NCBI GenBank assembly: GCA_002256025.1
Contig: NKIB01012547.1
Span: 56,587 to 76,586, forward strand
Reading direction: 5' to 3'
Source of the DNA: Asterionella formosa
Lineage: Eukaryota
DNA: 20,000 nt
Part shown: positions 12,114 to 20,000 of the stretch, piece by piece
How the letters are laid out: each line of letters begins with the position of its first letter
How positions within the stretch are numbered: the first letter of the stretch is position 1
Notes under the pieces: generated by a model
Database searches by the model: none
Told to the model about the DNA's origin: nothing
Seen by the model: the letters and a program-made list of their open reading frames with translations, nothing else
Translations under genes and position numbers: made by a program

Positions 12114-12597
12114 CTAGCTTTGAAACTCACGAGTATTCCTACGAACAAGCTCTTCGCTGCGTTGTCGTATTCGCTCCATAAACTTTGATTCTACCATGCC
12201 ATTGGCGTCACCCAACAAAACTCGATCTTGAGCCTGAAAAGCATCGTTGGTATTATCGCGCCAGGCTTTATTTTTTGAGTCTGTAATCATTGCTGTTAAC
12301 ATGGCCTCATTATGTGACCTCCCATAGTTTTCCTGTCGGTTTCGTTGTTCATCGTCCCATTGTTCCAACTTTATCATATTCTTCAAAAAAAGAGAAGTGA
12401 AAAAGTGAGCTAAAAACTTTCGCCAGCAAGAAGAATTGTGAAACCAGAAGTTATAAACTTACTTGGCGGCGCATAAATTGGATGTATTCCATGGAGAAGT
12501 ATCCAATTAGACCCGAAGAAACCATTGTAAACGCCAAAAATTTAGGGAAATGACGCTGCGATAGAATCGTCGCTCTGCAGAGTTCGCCCCATCCCAT
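12114..12597 (-). CDS. Hypothetical single-pass membrane protein with charged helical C-terminus; exons 12597-12463, 12380-12114; ~133 aa
   Basis: MGWGELCRAT...KFLAFTMVSSGLIGYFSMEYIQFMRRQ is joined through GTAAGT...poly-T-GAAG intron 12462-12381 (phase 0) to NMIKLEQWDDEQRNRQ...; start is in AAAATG context. Confidence 0.65.
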
Positions 12598-12740
12598 TTT
12601 TCTGCTCTTCGCTGAGATTTCATGAGCAGCGCTCAGGAGATTTACCACACGGGTAATAAGTTGTGGCATGTTTACAATAGAAGGCTGTGAGAAACAAAAC
12701 TGGGGTAAAGTGATATCGATGAGATGCAGAAGATATATTG

Positions 12741-13005
12741 CCGGTACATCTACCTGGTACTCTAAATGACTCAATAATTGTAACAAAAGAAACATTGATG
12801 ATACCGGTAATCATCAAGCCATCGTGGTCTCAATTTCACAACGTCATAAATTTTTATGTAAAATTCCAGTTGTCTGATACCGGGTACAAGATAACGGTAC
12901 CAGGTACTGCATTCTCTTGTCAACGTCATCCGTGAGTTCCCCCTACGGTACTGGTACCGGTACCTGGTACCAGGGCACCAGGTTTACCAACTAGTACCTG
13001 GTACC
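12741..13005. repeat. GGTACC palindromic cluster at the boundary between intact genes and the degraded block
   Basis: ggtactggtaccggtacctggtaccagg (12947-12974), ggtaccaggtac, gtacctggtacc and others. Confidence 0.8.
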
Positions 13006-13456
13006 TTGGATATCCGGAAAACGTGCTTAAAACCATTTATGGCAATAATTTTGAGTTGTTTATTAGCTAACTATCCTGAACTTACAATTTTTATTCAGAG
13101 CGCGTCATGGAAGGCCTGGCACACTTCCGTGAAGGCTTGGCTTGTGCTCGTTACCCTTGCTGCTCAAGTTAAAAGTGAATACGGTGAGCATTTGTTGCAT
13201 ATGGCTTGTTGGTTGCAACCTGAAGATCAATATAGTTGGATACGTTGGCCATAGCCTAGTATAGATTTTCTTTTGCATTTAATAATTAAGAGTAAAAAAT
13301 TGTGAGGCATACAAAAATTGATGCAAATTCTTTGATATATTTATATTGCCCTCTGCTCATTTCCCCTCAAAAGGTATGCAACATCAATCTGTTGTCATTG
13401 TTCATGAATTTGATTTTGCTGCTTGCTTCTTGTTTGCTTCGTTGCTCCGTTGTTCG

Positions 13457-13831
13457 CTATGTTAGATCGTTGACATAGGTTGCCTTGCAGAAAGTTGTGT
13501 CGAAATTGAGAGCATGGCAGTGTGTTTTAAATTGTTTGACAAGCTTCTCAACACTGATGGGGTCCGCTTCATGTGTTGTGGTGTCAACTTTGTTGTCCAT
13601 CCTGTTATGTTGTTGTTTGTCCAGATCTTTCCAAATCTTGAAGTATGCTGCGCATATATATTGTCTTGCTCGCCTTGAAAAGTGTCTTGTCCATTTTGTT
13701 GTCACCACTTTGTCTGTTGACATGCTCTCTTGCACCACAGACCTGAAACACCTCTTTGTCGTCAGAGAAACCCGAGGTTAAAAATTCTTGGTGCAACCCC
13801 AAGAATACTCGATTCACTCTCCTGCGACTTG
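13457..13831 (-). mobile_element. Degenerate C-terminal fragment of a Tc1/IS630-like (DDE_3-type) transposase
   Basis: One minus frame reads QVAGE*IEYSWGCTKNF*PRVSLTTKRCFRSVVQESMSTDKVVTTKWTRHFSRRARQYICAAY...VEKLVKQFKTHCHALNFD. Stops at 13816-13814 and 13780-13778 fall where G and Y are expected in the AGEGIEYSWGxxKNxY motif I recall from diatom DDE transposases (equivalent of the ELNPIExxW motif). The upstream catalytic part appears deleted. Confidence 0.7.
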
Positions 13832-14435
13832 AACCCCTTGTTACCTCACCCTTTTCTTCCATGAAAGCTGCTTCCTCGGCTGGTATCTGCATGCATCTGT
13901 GCATCCTTTGTTCATAGCCCATATATGATCATTTGCAGAAATCCCATCCATCTAAGACGCCATTTACAGCACTTTTTCGAATCTATATCTAAAGTGATGT
14001 ATTTATGCTACTTTTCTAAAATATTATATTACTTTTTCCGTAATTTATTCAGGTTGAACAAAAATTTATTTCAGTTATCGAAAAATTATATGATCACACC
14101 AATAAATATGTGTGTTCGTGACAATATATGTTGTCCAACTAGCCATCGCGACAGTATAAAAGCAAGATTATGCTGCTCCGCCGCAATATTGTGCTGCTTT
14201 CATCATATAATGAATGAAAGAGTCGCCAATTCCGATTCACTTATTATTTTTTCTGCTCCAACATATTTCTTTGATCTCAACTGGCGAATAACAACACATG
14301 CAAGAGGAAGATTCACACAGTAGAATTCAGCACACGTAGTAGTAGTTGCTGTTGTAGACACATTATTTAGTCATTGTTGACTGTAGAGTTTACAGTAGCC
14401 TGCCAGAACAGAAATAAAGCATCGTTGAGCATGAT

Positions 14436-15379
14436 TGCATATCGCCGTACTAGTGAGGAGTCGAACAAATTGAGATGAACTGCAATGGCCTTCTCCTTTT
14501 CAGAGCGGCTACAAATAGTCTACGGTGATAACTCTAACAAGTACAATATAGAAAACGAAGCAGAGGAAGAGCAACTGTCAACGATTGAATTCGTAAATAT
14601 TTTTAGAAACAGCTGTTGCATATTTTAACATTCAATGCATGTCCCCGTAGTAGTGAGCGAGTCAAAATCGAGATGTGCTGCAATGGCCTTCTCCTCTTCG
14701 GAGCAGCTACAAATAGTCTACAGCGATAACCTTAGCAAGCACAATATAGGAAAAGAAGGAAAGGATGAGTAGCTAAGCACAATTGAATTCGTAAATTCGT
14801 TAAGAGACAGCTGTTGCATATTTTAATATTCAGTGCATCATGTCGCCGTAGTGAGTCAAGATTGAGATGTGCCGCAATGGCCGTCTTCTCTTCGGAGCGG
14901 CTACAAATACTCTACAGCGATAACTCTAACAAGTACAATATAGAAAAAGAAGGAAAGGATGAGTAGCTGTCGACGATTGAATTCGTACAGCTGTTTAGAA
15001 ACAGCTTTTGCATATTATAACATTCAATGCATGTTGCCGTACTAGTAGTGAGTCAAAATTGAGATGTACTGCAATGGCCTTCTCCTTTTCGGAGCAGCTA
15101 AAAATAGTCTTCAGCGATAACTCTAGCAAGTACAATATAGAAAAAAGAAGCAAATGATGAGTAGCTGTCAACGATTGAATTCATAAATTCGTTTAGAAAC
15201 AGCTGTTGCATATTTTATCATTCAATGCATGTCGCTGTAGTGCTTCGAAATTGAGATTTGCCGCAATGGCATTCTCCTTTCCGAAGCAGCTATGAATAGT
15301 CTTAGGTTGTAACTTTCGCAAGCACAATATAGAAAAACAAGCAAAGAATTAGTAGCTGTCAACGATTGAATTAGTAAAT
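14436..15379. repeat. Tandem array of ~4.8 diverged copies of a ~195-bp unit
   Basis: Anchor gcaATGGC at ATG positions 14485, 14683, 14877, 15074, 15266 (periods 198, 194, 197, 192). Shared blocks include gctacaaatagtct, aagtacaatatagaaaa, acgattgaattcgta and acagctgttgcatatttt. Confidence 0.95.
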
Positions 15380-15462
15380 CAGTAATATTGGTAAGAATTT
15401 TGGCTCCTAATTCATTTGCCATTTGACAATGGTCAATTCGCCAAAATTGAAATTCATGTTCA

Positions 15463-16054
15463 CTAAACTGGAGTGAACTTCAATTGTCTTGCAAAATCTT
15501 TCATTGACCGTTTGAAATACTCGTCATATTCACTCCTAGTTTCATTTGCCACCTTGATTCTTTCATCTGTTGTCTCCACTGATTCTTCGTCTAATTTGAT
15601 TTTCTTGAACCTGTAAAAGTCCCTGTGCAGCTTTGCGTAGATCTTCTTCTTAGCCACTTTGTATTTCCTCTCGCCCTTTGCTGCAACCTCCTCGAATTTC
15701 TTAATGTAGCTCTCATCATTCATCGTCCCTTCTTTAATTTCTTCCTCTCCAAAAAGTTCTGGGGTTGCAATGTTCTGATCAATACAAGCCTTATAAATTT
15801 CACTCTTTTTCTTTATCCGAAGCTCCACATACATCAGTATCTTCATCTCTCGCTGGAAGTACCAATCTGTGGCACCCTTGACTTGGTCTGGGGGGGGGGG
15901 AAGTGGAACAATCACGTTCAAACCCTTTGCACTCTTAGTACTACCAGTTGTTATATTTGAAGTTCTTCCTGAAATAACTTGTGGAGTCTATCCACTGATG
16001 GAAGATGCCGGCCCGGAGTTGTGCTTAGTGGAAGAGAAATGGCCACTAGATCAT
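15463..16054 (-). pseudogene. Lys/Glu-rich helical protein of unknown function with S/T/G-rich N-terminus, probably disrupted
   Basis: The 152-aa open frame 15921-15463 continues upstream across a TAG at 15990-15988 into SSGHFSSTKHNSGPASSISG; a candidate ATG at 16054-16052 is one base out of frame. Confidence 0.45.
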
Positions 16055-16118
16055 TACGTATTCTAATGGCAGGCACACTTTTGTTCCCTAGCGTCACTTA
16101 AATAAAAATGTCCATCAG

Positions 16119-17463
16119 CTAGTCAATACTTTCCATGAACATCAGTTCAACAATTCCAGTTTGTTCAATTCCCCGAAGTGACTCACTTTGCTTGTGGAAC
16201 TCCAGCCAAAACAAGAAGATCGGACTTAAAGCTGATATCCAACTGCCTGCTCATGGCAGTTGTCCTTTGATGAACAACTATGGCATAAAGACTGTTGAAC
16301 CTGGCATATCCATTTGCGTCCCAGCCCCCATGGTATCTCTTTCCCTGTCCTCCAGTCCGGGTATAAACATATTTTGGTGCAGGAGTATCATCGTCATTGC
16401 CTTATGCAACCAGACATCCCAACAATTCTCCAAGACCAACAAGGAAAAAACCTAGTCAGAAACACTTACAATGTCACTGACATGCTTCTTAGCACACTGT
16501 CGTTTCCAAGACAGCTTTCGCCCAACCCTGGAATAAAAGTACTCAACTAGAAGGAAGAAAGGATGATTCTTGGCTCTTTCTCCATCAGCTGTCTCCTAGA
16601 TAGAAAAAGAACGGCTGTTGGAGATGGTATGCTTATTCAGATGAATGTGCATACCTTCACGAAAAAGTCCTGAAGTTTTGTAGATTGGAATGGAATGATT
16701 TGTTAGTAGAAAACAATGAGTATGTTTAGCAATTCAAGAAGAAATCAGGCATACCAAGTCAAGTTGTTTACTTACTAGCAAAGGCATGTTTGAGAGTGGT
16801 AACAACGGCATTTCTTTTTTCAGACATCACTTTATTAATATCATTCTTATTTGTCTACCAAACTGACTCGGAGTCCTTTTCGGTTCCCATGAATAGGCTT
16901 GGGAAAAGGGCACGAAATGAGCGTGCCAGACTAGTTGGTCCCCTTTCATCAAGGTCGATACCACCTGCGATAAACTTGACTTTTGGAAAAAGCTCAAGTT
17001 TGACCCATTGACCAACATTTCTTGTCTCTTTCCAATTCCATGGCCACCAGAAAGTTGAAGTCTTTGTTTCTCCGTTACTTCACGAAGCTCTTCGATCTCC
17101 TTTCTACTTTTCTCCAACCCAGATTGAAGAAACTCTAAGGAAAGGTTTGTTTCAATTCGCTCCCTTGTGATCAGAAATAGTCGAAATGTTTTCCTTACCA
17201 TTAGTTGATAAATTGAGACTTTCATCCACATCACTGAAGAAATCGCTGTTCTCTGCTCCAGCAATAGAGACTTCATTGTCGCTTTCAATGTCAGATGCAG
17301 AGAATGCCTCAGCCTGAGACAGCTCCTGAATATGTTTTGACATGATATCCGAAATAGCTTGCCAGAGATTTATAGGAATTGGATCTCGAACAATCCCTGA
17401 TTGATCACACATTTATTCGCAAAAGTGGACATTTTCCCTTTGGCTGATATTGAAAATGGCCAT
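16119..17463 (-). pseudogene. Spliced pseudogene of an uncharacterised diatom repeat-associated protein family (LFPKVKFI...W...KRN / SDEAFxLLVLENxW / GWxxxGxxRFNxL)
   Basis: ATG 17463; introns 17198-17135 (GTAAGG...TAG) and 16775-16670 (GTAAGT...TACTAAC...CAG). Reconstructed: WVKLELFPKVKFI...ESVW*TNKNDINKVMSEKRNAVVTTLKHAFA|RLF...SWKRQCAKKHVSDIVSVSD*VFSLLVLENCWDVW /fs/ PKYVYTRTGGQGKRYHGGWDANGYARFNSLYAIVVHQR. Stops at 17415-17413, 16857-16855, 16598-16596 and 16454-16452, and at least 2 frameshifts. The family assignment is from memory. Confidence 0.7.
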
Positions 17464-17928
17464 TTTTGGTAGTCCACCATTCTACCGGTAGACTGCTACA
17501 CTAATAATAATCAAGCATCATCACATTCAAAATTCAACAGTTACTGAATGGCGTGACAGTAAAAGGTTTAGTACTACTTCTAGTAGTACTTGCTACTAGT
17601 AGCTAGCAGCAATTCAGGGAAATCAAATCTTATGTACAAACAAGGACCAGGTATTTTATATAGTACATCCGAGTATTCGTGCGTCTTGTACTATTTATCT
17701 AGTAGGTACTAGATGCAGGTAGTAGGATTTGGACACAAAAATATTGCAACTAGCTACTACTGGCTTCCTGCCTGTTTGCCGGAACCGAAAAACGGCCAGC
17801 CATCCTCAGCACGTAACTCTGTATTTCTCTAATAATCGACTTTTTCGCAACAATTGCGTTACTCTCATATTCTCTCCTTTCTTTCTCCCTTCGAGACTTC
17901 TTTCTCGGTCAAGAACAGACCAGCCAAG

Positions 17929-19464
17929 ATGTGCGATGATTTCTGTCCTTTCGAGGATCACAGGGCTCAGTAGTATGGTGATGATGATAATATGTATCCT
18001 CATTACCATATCAAGATGAACTTCAGTGTTCCTGTCATTGCTGACCAGTTTAAGAGTACTTGCGACAGTATGGACAAGTTACTTGAGATTGGTAAATTCA
18101 AGGATTTCCTGAGAGATCCTGAATTTTCTATCAAGAAACTCTATCTTCGATTGATCAACGGGTGTGAGAATGAGTCCTTTCTCCCTCATCGCCATTGGTT
18201 GGTCCCCTTCAGTCCTGAGTCTATGAGGCTGATCCGCAAGGGATCCAGGAATCATGTGGATTATCCACTGCTCTGCCTATTTTCTTGCTTTTTTCACTCA
18301 TGTGAGCAAAAGTCTCCAGGCTTTAGGAAGATAGTACATTGGTGGCATCAATGTACGTCATTCTAATACTCATGATAGGCAGTACAAGTGGAAAGTTAGG
18401 ATCACCCAAATCCCCCTTGACATCTTCGCCACCTCTAAAATCCCTTTGAAGATCAATGAGATTATGACTTCCTTGTCTAAATCTTTTGGTAATGATTGGA
18501 ACTCCGTCGTTACCAACCAAGCTTTATACGCAAATCAGCTCCAGAAGAAACTTCATGGCAACTTCGTCATTAGTACCATTGAAGAGAAGGAGAACTTGGA
18601 GAAGAAGTTCAAGCCCATAGCTATGGTTGTTGTGGAGCAAAAAGAGTTCCCAACTCCTATTGCTTGTATTCACTATTTGGTGACAAGTAATCATAAATCA
18701 ACCCATGATTTGCACAAGCAAAAAGAACGTGCGTGGCATGGGTCAATTGCTGATCCAAGCTGCTACTTGTCTTCGTATCGATCATGAGGAGGCCTGGAAC
18801 TGTGCATACCCAGGATGTCCTTCCCAACATCAATCTGTTTTTGCGCAGGTGCTGGGCAATGCGGTTGAGTGGTATAAATCCTTGGGATTTATACACTGCA
18901 ATCCTATTCCTTGGATGGACAGGATCAATCATCCTCTTAAAAACCTTCTTCATGATGAGAGGAACAAAAACAATGGCGAAGTTGATTCATACAATTATGG
19001 TCTTGATATGCAAGAAGCAGCAAATTTCGAGACCTTTCCTATTGTGCGCTTGCGAACAAATTTAGCTGGGATTGTTCTTTCAGCCACTCATTATGATCTT
19101 CTTGATCATCAACTGGAAGAGCAAGCCTATGTGTACTCGATGTTTCTTCCAATTGGGGGTTTCATCTACAAGCAGCCAAAAGGAATGTTCGTTAAATCTG
19201 TATGCTGTCTTCATAGTCATTTATTCATTCACGCATTTCCTTTTATGAATTCATCGCCTGACAGAAGTGAAGGCAACTATCAGGTCAGAGTATCCCGGCT
19301 TGGAAGCTCCATCTTATCCGCTTGGAAAGCGTGCTAAGAGAGGCACTATACAGAAGGCTGCTTCTATAGCTACAGCAGGATCAACACAATCCCAAGTGTT
19401 ACAGACATCTGCAAATAAAAACTATCATATTTCCATGATGCATCATAGGATTGTGATCATCTGA
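17929..19464 (+). pseudogene. Frameshifted GNAT-family N-acetyltransferase-domain gene
   Basis: Three consecutive frames are joined by +1 shifts near 18331-18334 and 18705-18725 (an A5 run lies at 18720-18724). The join gives PIAMVVVEQKEFPTPIACIHYLVT...KNVRGMGQLLIQAA (GNAT motif A, RGxG) and VFAQVLGNAVEWYKSLGF (motif B, NAxxxYxxxGF). There is an extra in-frame TAG at 17971-17973. The 5' and 3' ends are uncertain. Confidence 0.65.
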
Positions 19465-20000
19465 TCATAATTTTCCGTTACATCATCTAATAATTTTGAT
19501 AAATGCCCTTGTAATTTAAATAGTAACCCTTTTGACTACATATATTTAATTTTTATAAGTATTGTTTCTATTAGATTCCTGTATTTGAATTTCTTGGTAA
19601 GGTAATGTACCAGCTAAAGTAATGTAATTTGGCTCGCCATATCCATCCGTCATCACTCCGATTTTTGCAACAACAACCAAATACTAGCATTAACAAGTGG
19701 AATGATTGTTTGCGATAACGTCTTCAATTTTTGGTCAAGTGATCATTATGTCTTTGAGTAATCGTCATGTGCAGTGAACCTATGTTTATAGTCATTCAAT
19801 TAAGAGTTTACAGAGAAGAAATCATTCAAACATGTAATGGTTCCGCACACAGCGCACATAGTAAATCTGTTTTGTCAATCACCAGCATTACAATCTCGCC
19901 AATCAACCCGTAAACAAACACATTCTACCTACTCTCATTGACATTTTCAATTCTCACCTGATACTACATCTACTATTGAGATTCAGCACAGAAGGAGATA

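Noticed and set aside
13925..14323. 132-aa plus-strand ORF
   Set aside because: Low-complexity AT-rich composition with no domain; more likely the antisense shadow of a decayed minus-strand frame.
14436..15379. CRISPR-like or guide-RNA repeat-spacer array
   Set aside because: The whole unit is homologous between copies. The variable linkers are indel variants of one sequence, not unique spacers, and no nuclease gene is recognisable nearby.
13457..17973. Stop-codon reassignment (many in-frame TAG)
   Set aside because: Stops include TGA and TAA, co-occur with frameshifts, and intact genes in the window terminate normally at TAG or TAA.
18320..18730. Programmed ribosomal frameshifting or micro-introns explaining the GNAT frame breaks
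   Set aside because: No canonical slippery heptamer. The only GT-AG candidate tested (32 nt, 18687-18718) gives the wrong frame. Neighbouring genes also carry stops, so decay is simpler.

Overview
Eukaryotic draft-assembly window, most likely a diatom (short GT-AG introns, ASAFAP-type bipartite plastid presequences), with two N gaps (4154-4705, 7427-8035). The left ~12.7 kb holds intact spliced genes: a plastid-type CDP-diacylglycerol synthase (-), two old, head-to-head paralogs of a bacterial-type D-3-phosphoglycerate dehydrogenase with ACT domain (both with mitochondrial-like presequences but different intron sets), a small plastid-targeted protein of unknown function and a small single-TM protein. 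Intergenic regions repeatedly carry palindromic GGTACC/TACCGGTA clusters. From ~13.2 kb to the end every gene I could reconstruct is broken: a Tc1/IS630-like DDE transposase C-terminal remnant, a ~195-bp x ~5 tandem array, a Lys/Glu-rich ORF, a spliced pseudogene with 'SD(E)xFxLLVLENxW...GW...RFNxL' motifs, and a divergently oriented frameshifted GNAT acetyltransferase. This block is the best candidate for an undescribed system: a decaying multi-gene DNA transposon carrying acetyltransferase cargo. All family calls come from manual translation and remembered motifs; no database searches were run.
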